Below, in pieces: positions 1 to 13,619 of a stretch of DNA of 64,000 bases; the first letter of the stretch is position 1; every line of letters begins with the position of its first letter. Source of the DNA: the human T2T-CHM13v2.0 reference genome, Homo sapiens; assembly GCF_009914755.1 (NCBI RefSeq), contig NC_060933.1. One strand, given 5' to 3'. The notes beneath the pieces are model-generated. The model saw only the letters and a list, made by a program, of their open reading frames with translations. It was not told the DNA's origin and did not search any database. Made by a program: the position numbers and the translations under genes.

Positions 1-89
1 TCACAATGATACTTTCGCAGATTTTCTCATCACCCGCTGCCTCAATTCTTCACATGACCCTTCTATGTCACTCTCTTTAACCTCCTCTT

Positions 90-265
90 TAATTCTCCTC
101 AGGCAGAATTAATTACTCCCTTATCTAGGTCCCCCGAGGACTGAATGCACAGTGTGAGAATTACTTGTCTTCAGGACACCCTTCCCTTTACATGCCTTTG
201 CAGCCTGCCTCCTTGCTGGAGATCTGGTACATGGCAGGCATGCAATGATTTTTGCTGACTTGAAA
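90..265 (+). mobile_element. L2 3' end fragment
   Basis: ctggtacatggcaggcatgcaatgatttttgctgacttgaa resembles the L2 terminus (ctggcacatagtaggtgctcaataaatatttgttgaatgaa). Confidence 0.5.
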
Positions 266-2399
266 TCTAAATACAGAAGATTGTTTAGGAGTAAGCCAAC
301 AACAAAACAGAAAGTGACATCCTCCCCTGATTTTCACCAAGTTGGCTTTTGATTACCAATAGAGAACAAATGAACATCATTCTCTTCAAAAGCAGTTTGT
401 AGGGGAAGGTTATCAATCTTCATAACAATAAAAGCATTTGTTTTGTGAGATTGATGAAAGATTTTGTAAGCAGTTTTGTCACCATGGGGTAAAAATGATC
501 GGTTTCATGGGAATTATATCTGTTGAGCTTATAAAATCTTACTCATTTTTGCACAGGAAGTCCCACTTATATGTTGCTAAAATAATAAAGTTTGTAGATA
601 GGAAATTGAGTAAATTGTGAGTTTGGCCATGGCTGAAATGGAATTAGGGTATTAAATCGTGTGGTTTCAATCCTACCATATTTATTCATTTCCAAACAGT
701 TTGGGGGATTATTTGTTGACAGTCACATAATTAATTATTGGCTGTTATAGTGGCATGCGTTTCCTTGACAAACAAGAGTTTAGTTTAATTCAGAGAGTTA
801 AATCTGCTTTAATATCCAGACACTTGTGGCTGTAGGGTCTCTTTTGGAGACTGAATTACTTAATAATTGGCTCTTGACTTTTTGCAACTGTAATGTCCTC
901 GAAGTATATAATAGCTCCAAACAGTAAGCTTGGGTCCCCAGTACTTGATTTTTAACTGGGTCTACGAGGCAGTCAAGAAGGAGGTGCTGAGGAGAGCCAC
1001 ATCACACACTCAAGGAACCGTTGTGATTCTCCCATCTTGCCCACCCCATGGAAAGAAGGGTCCTCCCTTTTTCGTCTCACTGCTTGAGGTAATGACACCA
1101 ATTCTATAGTCTAGGATAGACAAAGACTCCCAGAGAAAACAGAAAGAAATAAATGAAACACTTTCTGAAATTTTTCCTCCTGAAATAATATTTTGTTTGT
1201 ACTTAAAAAAAAGAGAGATGATAACTTATTGCTAAACCTTTAGTGTGTCTACATGGGAGAAGTGACTCAGCAGGTCTTTGGCCAAACTGCGTATTTGTTT
1301 AACTTCAATCTCAGGAGAGCCAAGGAGTAAAACCATGGCACTATCTTTGTTGCAACAAAGACTTCTTGCTTGATGAGCATTCTTGGCAAGGGAGCCTTCA
1401 TATTTTAAAAGGCTGTAACTGTTTATGGCTATCAGCTTATCACTCTAAAACCAAAGGAGGCCTGAGGACAAAGAGTGAGCCAGAGGGGATGTTAAGGGAG
1501 GGAGGGTTCTCCAGGAAGCAGAGTCCTAGGCAGTCTGCAGTCTGGACCCATCACACTGCAGAACTGGGCAGGGTGACCAGGCATCTGCAGCTTTCTTGTC
1601 TCTGAGCAAGTGAGAGTGCTGGTCCTTGTACACCAGCATCAGAAATGAGAGCAGACAATGGAGGAGGGTGAATGCAAGGGGTGCTCAGGAAGAAGCACAA
1701 GCAACACCCTACAGGGGTTGAAGGGAGACCATTTTCTGGGTGGGAATAAGTAGAGATTTATGAAAGAGCCGATATTCACACGTGGCCACAGGATTTTGAC
1801 AGAGTGGTGGCAGGACCTCCAGGTGGAAGGAACCAGTGAGCCAAGGTGTTGAGTCCTTAGGCAGAGATGATGTCACCCAATATGTATTTTGTAGCAAAAT
1901 ACATATTTGTCCTTTTTGCTTAATGTATGCTGAGTCATTTAACCCTCACAGCGACTCTTACCCCCGCTTCCTTTATTCTCACTCTTCTCCTCTTTTCCCT
2001 CTCAAGATCATCTCCTCTCTTCTTCCCTTCCTGTTGGGAAGTCAAGTGGACGGGGTGGATGGGGAGGAAGGAACTGAACAACTCTACGTGGAATGTTCGG
2101 GGAAGGACTCTCTGAGGTGGAAATGTTTAAACTCAAACCTGAAGGGTGAGAAAGAACAAGCCAAGCGTGTGGATTGGGAGACAGAGCATATTGCACTTGG
2201 GGAGCAGAGAGCCACTGGGGGAGTGAGTGCACGTGGTGAGGTCAGAGAGGGCCAGGGCATCTTGTAGGCCATATGAGGATTCTCCCAAACTGTCTGGGGG
2301 TCCCTGGCTTCATGCTGAAAGGGAAGACAAAACCCAGGCAAGTCCCAGGCTGAGAAGGGCAGAGTCAGAAGACAGAGGGCGAAGCTGCCCCTCAGGGGC

Positions 2400-2980
2400 T
2401 GGATGGGGGCTGATGGGTGCCCTTGGAGCTGCCCCTTTCAGGGGTCAGAACTTCCACAGAAGAATTTGGGGGTGGGATACAACTCAGCCCACAGCCATGT
2501 CAAATTGATTGGCATTGGTCATCTGCCTTCTTCAGTTGCTTTTATTTTTCTCTTCTGGAGAGCCAAGAGCCTGAAAGGTAGAATTGAGAGCCTAGAGAAT
2601 CGAGCCCACGACACAGTGAGGATAATTCCTTAAACTTAATTGCATCTCCCAGATGGATTGAAACTGCCTGAACTGGTGCCCCCCATTTTCCCCTTTTGGA
2701 ACCAGAATGTCTATAATGGCTCTCCTACACTTATACCATCATTGAATTTGGTGGTCAGATTACTTGTTTTCTAGTTTTACAGGGCCACAGATAGACAGGG
2801 TCTGTGGCTCAGGGTGTATCATAGCAGAGCCTCACCTGACTGCTCAAGGCGACTGAAATGATGAGATTTTGGACTTGAAGTGGGTGTTCTAATGGAGTGA
2901 GATCTTTGTTGTCATGAGACAGGATAGATGCATTTTGCAGATGAGAGAGAGGAATGTGGTCAGAGGGTAAACTATAGCAG
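2400..2980 (+). mobile_element. MLT1-type MaLR internal region, 3' part
   Basis: ccccttttggaaccagaatgtctata ... gatgagattttggacttg ... cattttgcagatg ... cagagggtaaactatag follows the MLT1-int 3' end up to the polypurine tract; similar to 51880-52456 in this window. Confidence 0.7.
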
Positions 2981-3225
2981 ACAAAATTTTTGCCTCCCCC
3001 ATTTTAGACCTGCCTTTTAATGGACTTGCTTAGTCATTGGGGTTAACTATGAGCAAACACAGTCCCCAGTACAGCAGAACAGAGAAACAACAATGTACCA
3101 GGTTAGATCAGAGCAAAGGAATGTTTGAAAACTGGAAACATCTCATATTTAGAAAACAAGAAGTGGGCAAGAAACCAGAGTGTCTGGGGAGCCTATAAGT
3201 GCATATGAAAAAGTATGGGCCCACG

Positions 3226-3385
3226 TTGGGCATGGTGGCGCATGCCTATAATCCCAGGAGGCTGAGGTGGGAGATCAGGTGAATCCAGGATTTCAAGGCT
3301 TAAGTGAGCTCTGATTGTGCCACTGCACTCCAGCCTGGATGACAGAGTGAGACCCTGCCTCAAAAAAAAAAAAAAAAAAAAAAAA
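3226..3385 (+). mobile_element. Alu right-arm monomer (FRAM/AluJ-like)
   Basis: gggcatggtggcgcatgcctataatccc ... ccactgcactccagcctggatgacagagtgagaccctg followed by poly(A); left arm absent. Confidence 0.9.
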
Positions 3386-4947
3386 GGCACAAATGGAAGG
3401 TGTTTGTATCAACAGGGCCAGGGCCATGGGCTCTTGGAGTGCCAAGTGTCTCAGACGCAGCATCAATCGTCAGCAGTAGTTGTGGTTCCTCCTTCTGCGT
3501 GGTCACCTGTGGAGGGCCTGCAGTGAGTGTGCATGTGTGTGTGTGCATGTGTACGGGGCATAACACTGGTGGCAAAACATCAGGGAAAATCTGGGGCTTC
3601 TGTGTTCAAGAAATTAGTTTTATTGTAATTGTACAGAGATAAAATCCCTACTTTCACAGAGTATTCTTACGCACTACTTTCTTTTCTTGGAAATTTTGGG
3701 GGGAAAGACTAACAATACATGTTTCTTAGCCGTGGCCTTTCCTAATTTCCAAGAGCTGAATCTCATCCTGCTAAGGTCTCCCTGAAACCAGACTGCTCTG
3801 CACCCTCCTCCGCACTCCTCCCCACGGCATGACAGTTACTGCCCATCTTCTGAGATAACTTCAAGGCAACTATGGCAGCTTGTTTTATTTTCTCTTCCTG
3901 CAACTCTCTCTGATTCTCTCTTTCAGCATTTAAGGATTGTCTTACTCTAATCAGCAACTCCACCAGGAACCTTTTGTGTTTTTTCGCTCTGTTTCTCCCC
4001 CACTATTTGGGGCCAGAGCCCTCTGAGCCTCACATAATGAAATTCAGGTCGCTGTGCAGAAAATATTGAGCACAGAGAAACAAACCCCAGGAGGCAAACT
4101 CTGAGGCCGGAAGGTAGAATTAGGAGCAGCCAAAAAGGACAGCAGGCGAGTTCAACCGGATGCATGATCATTTCCTGTTCTTAAAATTCCCTTTAATATC
4201 CCCAGCCCAGCCCGCTGAGTCGGTGAGAAGCTGGGGAGGAAGAGCCCTGGCTGGGGTCAGGGGCCCAGGCTGCAGGCCCAGCTGGTGGCTCGCTAGTGAG
4301 GCCCTGGGGAGACCTCTCAGGCCTGTCTTCAAGTCAGTAAGGAGGGGCCAGTCCTGCAGCTCTACCCTCAGAGCATGGGTGGTGGTGGTGGGGTGTGTGT
4401 GTGTGTGTAAGGCAGGTCTGGCTCCAAGCATCAGGAAGTGAGAACTGGGGAGAGATGTCTTTTGTGGGGTTCACACCCTCCCCAGCCGGGTTCTCCCACT
4501 CTCCTGGAAGGAACGGGCAGCTAACACCTCAGAGCTCCTGGAACAGGCAGGGGATGCCCACCTCCTTATCTCAGGGAGTAACCTGTGCACAGTCCTGGGA
4601 ACAGGCACGGTCATCTTAGTGATAGTGACAGTGTGGCCTGGCCTGCAGCAGTGAGTTCTGCACACTTCATTGCGGGGAAGCTGGATGGTAGAAAGTGGAG
4701 ACATTCAACCAAGATGACGCAGTTGTTTGCAGCCACATGTAGAATTGACGCCTGTCTGAAAACCTCCCCACCATTTGGCCACGATCAGTGCTGACCCTCA
4801 CTCTGTCCCTGGGCTGTGGCTGACACACACAGGGTCACTGCCAATTGCTCAGGGCTCCTGTCTCTCAATACATGTATTTTCACAAAAAGGACACTCACTA
4901 AAGTGATGTCGAGAGCCATCTTGAAGAGGAAGAATAAAAGACAAATA

Positions 4948-5305
<358 letters not shown>

Positions 5306-5604
5306 TTAATATCTGGTGTCACTGAGAATATTCATCCTCAGGCTTCTTTTGAACCTATCTCCTTGGCCACATGGAATAGATAAATGAGAGATCAGAGGCT
5401 TCTGCTGGACTATGAGTCCACCCCTCTCCCAGGCTTGCTCCCTCCAGCCCTGGGCCTGGATGCCAAGTTCCCTGGGGACATGGATGCCACCCACCAGGAT
5501 GGGACCATTGGGAGTTTCCTCCAAGAGGGTGGAATATGACCATTGTTCCTGACATTGCTCACTTTAATTAGTCCACTAGATGCTCCAATCCTTGAAGGAA
5601 ACCA

Positions 5605-5710
5605 TGTTTCATCTCCAGTTTACACACAAGGAACCTGAGGCTTAGAGAGCTCTGACTTTAGGAAGTTACAGGTAAACTTTAGAGCCCACGTTCCCTAACT
5701 TTGAGCCCAT
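5605..5710 (-). mobile_element. MIR fragment
   Basis: ctccagtttacacacaaggaacctgaggcttagagag matches the reverse-strand MIR core. Confidence 0.6.
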
Positions 5711-5740
5711 GGACTCCTCATTTGGAGTTCTCAGGCATAG

Positions 5741-6130
<390 letters not shown>

Positions 6131-6399
6131 TGCAAGGTGTTTATTAAAAGGATTCCTGCCTATTAACGAAGACTTATTTTTCACACTTTTATTTCAAAAC
6201 TTGTTTTTGTCCTTTTTATGTTTCCTAATTGTTAAGAAGTGGCTTTATTTCTCAATTTGAGACATCTTTCTCAACCACAGTGTTTCTTTTTGATATTGAT
6301 AATTAACTTTTTTTGGCCTGTATTTAATGTTGGAAGGCAAATACTATGTCCCAAACTACACTTTAGAAAATGACGATGGTAAACTTCATCTTTTCACAT

Positions 6400-6590
6400 T
6401 TATTGATTACCCAATTATCACTTGGATGCTGCTTTACAGCTCAGATCTTATAATTTCACTTACTCCTCATAAGGACCTCATCAGTGGCTATTATTATTAT
6501 TATTATTTCCATGAGGGCTCAAGAGCTGATAAGTAATTTGTCCCAAAACCATAGAGCTGGCCCCTAAGCCCAGAATTACAGGCCTGTGTC
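6400..6590 (-). mobile_element. MIR
   Basis: tcctcataagg ... tattattatt ... taagtaatttgtcccaaaaccatagagctgg. Confidence 0.65.
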
Positions 6591-6603
6591 CATCTCATTC
6601 AGC

Positions 6604-6770
6604 CAGTGTCCCCAAGAACAACCTGCATCTGTCTGCATCAGAACCACCAGAGGTGCTGACTAAAGAATGACGCATATTTACCACTCTACCTGCCTCAGCT
6701 ACAAAGGACCACCACTCCTATAACTTCAGATCTCCAGGGAGGGGGTTGGAGGAGGCTTTTTAAAAACCTT
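6604..6770. mobile_element. MER5-like hAT-Charlie relic, left part
   Basis: tgcatcagaaccaccagaggtgctgactaaag resembles the MER5A arm; matching right end at about 7613-7652. Confidence 0.5.
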
Positions 6771-6774
6771 CACC

Positions 6775-7610
6775 TCATTTATTTACTTGAAGTACACAAA
6801 ACAGTAGAGAGAACAATACAATCAAGTGCGTTTTACCTAGCAAACTGCCAGCTTTACCAAATAGAAATGCAGGACATTCAGTTAAGTTTGAATTTCAGGT
6901 AAAAAATGGATGACTTTTTAATAAAAATATAACGTCACGTGGGACAATACTTATACCGAAACATCACTGTTTTCCTGGCCATCCAATTTTCACCCTCACT
7001 CTGCTCTCTCCCCAGTCCTGGCTTATTTTGAAGCCAATCTCAAAATTCCTAGCATTTCATCTTAAACATGTCAGAATACCACCCTAAAATGTAAGACAAT
7101 TTTTTTTTAAGAAACACAAACACAGTACCATTATTGCACCTGAAAAACACAACAATAATTCCTTAATACCTAGTCAATGTCTAGTTATCTGGATAAAATA
7201 AAATGGTATTTTATAGGTTGTTTGTTGAATCAAAATCCAAATAAGGCTCTTTCATTGTTAATCTATAGTTCTTCTCTCTGCCTGTCTCTGCATACACTTG
7301 TTGAGACAACAGGTCATTTATCCTCTCAGGATAGAGTAGCTCTCAGGGTGAATCATGCTTTCTTTTATCAGTTTTGCATCCAGGTGTTGTCATTATCATG
7401 TTCCTCTGTCCCACATATTTCCTGTTAGTTCGTAGTTAGATCCAATTAGATAGATCTAGTTAGATCTAGAGGCTTCATCTCCTTCAGGTTTCAATTTTTA
7501 TTAAGAATATAACCTGGGGGGTGTGTCCATTTAGCAAGAGATACAGAATGGTTGTCTCTTTTTTAGAGATATTAGCAACTGTTGATAATCAATATCTACA
7601 GTCATAGTTC
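6775..7610 (-). mobile_element. Old L1 3' end (L1MC4/L1MC5-like)
   Basis: cacagtaccattattgcacctgaaaaacacaacaataattccttaatacc ... gaatcaaaatccaaataagg are typical L1MC 3'UTR antisense motifs. Confidence 0.75.
6843..6965. mobile_element. MER53 (hAT MITE), partial, nested in L1MC
   Basis: tgccagctttaccaaatagaaatgcaggacattcagttaagtttgaatttcagg ... tgggacaatacttatac matches the MER53 left arm and centre. Confidence 0.75.
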
Positions 7611-7612
7611 TT

Positions 7613-7652
7613 TAGGTGATCCTGATACATAGTGAGAATAAAAACCATTGCA
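7613..7652. mobile_element. MER5-like relic, right part
   Basis: taggtgatcctgatacatagtgagaataaaaaccattgc resembles caggtgattctgatgcacactaaagtttgagaaccactg. Confidence 0.45.
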
Positions 7653-7897
7653 CTTTTCCACATTGCTCAGAGCAGGGCGGCTATGCCTATTGCTTTTTTT
7701 TTTTTTTTTTAATTTACTTTTTTAAATGAGCAGTTTCTGTGCTAAGAGGAACTATCTCTGGTCCACAGCCTCACAGGGTTCCCAGAATGAAGTATCCACC
7801 CTCCATCGTTCCTGAGCCTGGCCTTTCTCCTGGAGTACTGGCAATAACAGACTCCCTTACTCCTTGCAGCACTGTCCAGATGGTTGATAGCCAGATG

Positions 7898-7946
7898 TTG
7901 AGTGGATTTCTTTTTGAATGGATTTCTCTTTGAATGGATTTCTCTT
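7898..7946. repeat. 16-bp tandem repeat, about 3 copies
   Basis: tgagtggatttctttt / tgaatggatttctctt / tgaatggatttctctt. Confidence 0.85.
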
Positions 7947-8646
7947 CAAATGACAGGGGAGTCCTGCTAGTTCAGCATTCTGTTGTATTCAGATGCTCAG
8001 TTGACACCTCCCGTCATAGTGTGTGGTAAACTCTTATGAGCCCTCCCTAGCTGTTGAGTGATAACTATATAACCTATGGCCTGAAGTTGGGTTGGCCCAA
8101 GGACAAAACTGCTGGATGAGTCACAGTGAGGCCTTATCTTAAATGTGTCCCAAAAAAGAGAAGAAATGAGGACAGGCGGAAACTGTGTGAGTGGGAGGGA
8201 GACAGGGCACAGCTGAGGGGCAAAGGCGGCAGGCAGTAATAAGCAACAGAAGAGGGATGAAAGAAGACAGTTATCCAGAAGACTTTTTGGCCTATTTTCT
8301 TATGTGTGGGTAAAACACAGCAAGTGGGGCTTGCAAAACAATATTGCCACTGAAAACAGGACGCTGTCTCCATGTGTATGCACAAGGAACCAGATTGCAT
8401 GTTCTATCTGCCAGCAGGAGGCCCCCTCCACAGGCTCCTGCTGTCTCTGCATTGTTCGGTGAGTCCTTGGAGTAAGCTGCCTGGGAAACAGGAGGCTTCG
8501 GCAGACCAGAGCTGGATGGCTGCTGATCAAAGAGGACTTGTGAAGCTACATCTTGTGTGTTATCCTCACTGTGAAGGTCATAGCAGGTTGCACCCAGCAT
8601 TAGACTGCCCAGGACAATAGAGGAGACTTTATAAAACGTGTGGGTG

Positions 8647-8953
8647 GGCCAGGTGTGGTGGCTCACGCCTGTAATCCCAGCACTTTGGGAGGCTGAGGTG
8701 GGTGGATCACGAGTTCAGGAGTTCAAAACCAGCCTGGCCAAGATGATGAAACCTGGTCTCTACTAAAAATACAGAAAATTAGCCAGGCGTGGTGGCAGGG
8801 ACCTGTAATCCCAGCTACTCAGGAGGGTGAGGCAGAGAATTGCTTGAACCCAGGAGGCGGAGGTTGCAGTGGGCCAAGTTTGCTCCATTGCACTCCAGCC
8901 TGGGCAACAAGAGTGAAACTCCTTCTCAAAACAAAAAAACAAAAAACAAAAAA
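8647..8953 (+). mobile_element. Full-length AluSg-like
   Basis: gatcacgagttcaggagttc ... ggccaagatg; (A6C)n-type tail; TSD core gtgtgggtg on both sides. Confidence 0.96.
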
Positions 8954-10789
8954 GTGTGTGGGTGAAGGAGCAGTGCGGCAAGGGGCAGCTGCTGGAAATG
9001 AAGAATGGGGAAGGGAAGAGTGGAGGGGAAGACCCCAACCACTGGCTGAGCAAGTCCAGCTTCCTTCTGCTGTGTGGTCTGCAAGATGCACTCTCCTTTT
9101 TAAATCCCAACAAAACGCCCATCCCTTTCTAGCATGGTCCGACTGGCTCATTCTTGTTTGGAGGATGAGACCCAGGCTGCGACTGGATTTACAGTGGGCC
9201 TGGGGGCAGGAAGAGGCTAGCCCTGTTTTCACAAATGGACAAGAGCGTAAAGAGGCATGAATGGCCACCAACAGTGAACAATGTTTCTGTGCGGATGGTT
9301 TCCATCAAAAGGTAGCTTCATTGGGGAATGCCTGCACAGAGGTACCTAATTAGGGATTCCGAGTACTTTTGTGTTTTCATGTCTTTCAAATTAGACTCAG
9401 AGAACAAACCGATGACTCTGAACACAATTGACTGCTTTGCTGACACAACAAATAATGGCTTGAATAGTGAAAATTCCAAACCAGGTCTGTGGCCAACCTT
9501 TTTGTAACAAAAAGATGACTCAAGTTTGGAAATAGTCACAGCGTCAGTTGTCTGATTGATGGCTGAAGAATGGGAGACAGCAAGGGGTGCTTCACATGCT
9601 ATTTTCCTCTTTACTTTTCCCTAATTCTTTTATTTTTCTCTCCCAAATAGGAGATTTGCTGGGCTTGATATTTTTACAAAAGAAGAAAATGGAGGAGGAG
9701 GGAGAGGTTTAAAGGGGCCACTGTCATTTCACACCCCCATCCTGACCTGCAGCCCTATTTGTCTCCTCTAAGCCTCTTTTCTCACGTCAGTAGGAGGCTG
9801 TTTCTCTTCTCTATAAGGGGCTTTTCCTGTTATAACTAAAAGCGAAGGTCCCACGTTCACCACATTCTCCAGTGAGCTGCCAGTGACCAGGGTCTGCTGT
9901 GCGGCTCCTGGAGGAGGCAGGACTGGCCTGTTGTCATAGACCCCGACCGCTCCCCAGGAAAAAGAGGTAGTGTGGGAGGGGAGTCACTGGTGTGTGTAGT
10001 TAGCAGTGGTGGGGAGAGACTTCCTCCCATGGGGGAGTAAAGGGGGATTCGGTTTTAATCTCCTCTTCCTCAATCAGTTGGTGAGAGAGGGATTCCCTCC
10101 ACTTGGTTAGGCAGATGGACGAATACAGCACACCCAGTGCTGGGCTGGTCAGATGAACAGCATGTAGAATCAAGCCCAGGGGAGGAGGATACCACAGGCC
10201 ATGTGGGGCCACATGGGGGCTGCACTTGGGAACAGCATGAATAGCCAGGGGCTGTGGAAGGCAAGCTCTGTAGTAACAAGAGAGGGAGCTGCCTCTTGGT
10301 TCCAGGGTGAAGTTGTGATTGGTTTTTGTAATAATTCTTCAGGCTGGCAGAGAACCAAAACCTGCTATTCAGGGATAGGCAGGTCACCTGCCATTTGATG
10401 AGAAGGTTGTTTGCCAGGAGGTAAGCTGGACACCTCACTGCTGACTTGGAGACTTGTGGTGGTGAGTCCTCAGGCCCTGCCAGAGCTACCATCCTGGGAG
10501 GATGCAGACAGGGATCCTTGGGGAGCCTGAGTGCTGTCTCTGCACAGCTCTGCGCTGCTCTCAGAAAGTGCAGAAGAGACCTCAGTGGTTCCTGTCACCT
10601 TACATGAAGGGACACAGAAGTCAGCAGAGCACTGTAGGCCAAGGGACTGCCCAGTGGCCAGAGCAAGTCACAGCCCAACCAACGTGGAATAGGACTGAAG
10701 AGAGATGTGAGTGTCCCCGAAGGGGCCCGGTCCTCAGTGACTGCGGGTCAGGATGGCATGGATGGTTTGTATTATGCAAGGGCTCCATG

Positions 10790-11220
10790 CATATCCTAGA
10801 TCCTAGTAACAGACGCAAATGTACCAGCTTGAGTCATAGATCTTCTTTTTCTTTTGCATGTCATGAAGTCCAGGGGTAGGTTGCTCAGGGTAAGAGTGTG
10901 GCTCCAGGATGTTGGCAGAGAGCCACAAGATGGCTGAACCTTCTCCACAGCCCATGCCCCCTCAAAGAAGGAGGAAACGGCAAAGTGCAAAGGCCAGTGC
11001 CAGCAGAAGACTCCTTTGTAGTAACAAGAGGGAAAATAGTCATGGAGTCCCCATACGTATTATTGGTCACATATAGTCACATGGCTGCTCTTATCTGCAA
11101 AGAAGGCTATAAAATATTGTTTCAAGTTCATACACTGCCAACTCCTACAGGACTAAGGTTCTGTAATTAAGGAAGAAGGAGAACAAGACATACGCAGAAC
11201 TGCAACTGGGCCTTTGCCAG
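10790..11220 (-). mobile_element. MLT1J/K-like MaLR solo LTR
   Basis: attggtcacatatagtcacatggctgctcttatctgcaaagaaggct ... ggttctgtaattaaggaagaaggagaa. Confidence 0.6.
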
Positions 11221-13619
11221 TGGGGAGAAATGCTGCTGGGTGGTGCTCAGAGAAACAGGATGCTGATGGCAAGGAGAACATCCCTCCCCATCCACCAGCC
11301 CTGCAGGTATCCTGAGGTTGCAGGACCAAGGACAGAGGGATCCACAGTGGAACCTAGGTATGGTAATTGACCTCTATTTCAGATGGAATAAGAGAGGAAA
11401 TGGTGGCCATCTTGGAACGTGGGATGACATCCCCTCCTCTGCTATGGTGTTGGGAATGACTTGTGGGGTGCAGCCGCCAACTGAATAGTGAACAGGGAGC
11501 TTCTACCAATGGCTAACCCCGTCAATTTCCAGAGCACCAGGGAGCAAATGGCCTCACAAAGCCCCTGGAAACTCGTGCCTGGAAATACAGAAAGTGGTAG
11601 TTTTTATGCCAACATCAAATCAAGCAAATTGAGAGTTATGATTAGATAAGAGAAATGGTGGGGTCTAATTCACACACTATCACATGCTGCCACATCTTGC
11701 ATGTGGATACAGCAAATGGGTTTTGCAGACTGATCCTGGCTGGTGGTAGCACCCAATGTTTATGCTCTGAGTACTGCATATAATGTTGTGTAATCATTTC
11801 TGCTAACGTTCCGAACAAAACTTTGTAATAAGACGGCTTCTGCGTATGTTATACACTACAGAAATGCTGGAAAGGTGGAGGTGAGGAGATATGAGGAACT
11901 TGGACATATTTCATTTAAATAATTACCTGGGAGAATAAAAATCTGTAAAAATTGTGATGTTGTATGATTAATCAGTCAACTCCCCACCCCCCACATCTGA
12001 GTGGTTTTGCCTCTGGGATTCTGTTAGCACCAGGAGGTCCAAGGCGTCCTCTCCATCTAAAGTGAGCTAAAAACCTAGTAGAGATGTGCTGCCCACTAGA
12101 AAAAGACTATGAAACAAACATCCTAGAGGCTCAAACAAGTAAATACTACTAAAAGTACAACTCGTGGTATGTTTTTTCTATTCATCCCCAGATCTTTCTT
12201 AAGAAACGAAAGAAAAAAAACACACCGACAATTGAGATCAAGTACAACCCTACGGTTTGGAAGTAACACAAAGGGGTCATTGCTGAACAGCTCTGAATGC
12301 TCTGAACAGGCACCCAGACTGGGTGAGCACAGTGTGAAACAGCCCATCAGGCTCAACCTGCCCCAAAGGGTGGGGTTCCAAGGGCCCCGTGGCTATGTTG
12401 CTCAGGGACTGACCACTGTCCCTGATGCTGGTGAGTCTCAGGAGGTGAGGACAGACACTGAAGGTGGGAGTGGGCAGAGGGGAAACGGGTGGTCCTAGGA
12501 AAGCAAGCTGTGTGATCGCCCTGGATGTTTCTGAATCCTGGTTTTCAGTTCCATCTCAGTAACTCAGCACGTCCACGTGACATCCACAGAACCTTCTGTT
12601 TTGTCAGAGGGCTGCCTGTCTCTGATCTTGTGTCTTCACTGACATGGCAAAGCTGCCTTCCAGGCCCAAATGAGCAGGTTCTTAGGGGGTCTCCCATCTT
12701 ACCATGGGTGATGCTTCCTTCCATTTAAATTAATTTGCATATCTGAACTACATTTAAAATCCTCTGGACCTAAACCCACTTGTGCATGTGGGCATGTGTG
12801 TTTTCTCTCCCCCTCTCTTTTTACCCCTTGGTCTGACCTCCCTCTTGTGGGGTCAAACATGTCTTTGGAAAGTCCAGTGAAGCCCTGCCCTGACTTGCTC
12901 CCTTTCATATCCGAGTGACATCAGCTAATGACATTTCAGATAAATGGATGGCTTCTCAGCAGAAGGGCGACATTCTGTGTGAGCTCGAGCTGAAGTGTGA
13001 GGCTGAAATACTTTGTGAAGGACGGCATACTTGGCTAGTTTCTAGTTTTCTCCTCCAAACTGACAGGCTTGGCTAAGCTCCTGTGAGAGCCTGTCTTAAA
13101 GGCAAAGGAAAAAAGTGGTGTATGGAAAGCGTGGCTGCAGAGTGGTCCCCTCACACGTGACAGGTCAGCAATGGACATGGGGAAACGTGCCTACACTTAA
13201 TAGCAACTTGTTTTCAAAATCAAAAATGAGTTGATATGTAATTGGTCAATATGGAAACTTCAGGACTTGCTGCAGTCTTCCTAACCACCATTTAAAATTC
13301 TGTATTTTTAACTCAGGCTGATAGTAATCAAGCATCTCTCTCTGTGTGCCGTTTGCATACACACCCCAGCCCTGTGCTACAGCAGCAGCAGTCAGCCCCC
13401 TCTTCCAGGCTTTTTCTTTCTTTTATCTAAAGAGAAAGCTGTGGCTGTCAGTGAATGGGAAGGTGGCTCCCTACTCTGAGAGCCAGGTAGGAAGTGGAGC
13501 TCACCTTCCTGATAGCACGCTGGGGAAGGGCTAGGAAACATTTCCTACATTTTGTTGAATATTGTTTATATTTGTTGCCCCCATTTTTTTCTCTACTCCT
13601 TTTTTTTCTCTATCTGTTA

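Noticed and set aside
8410-8425. CTCF-like CCAGCAGGAGGC (similar partial matches at about 39785 and 53880)
   Set aside because: Each has mismatches at core positions and cannot be supported without ChIP data.
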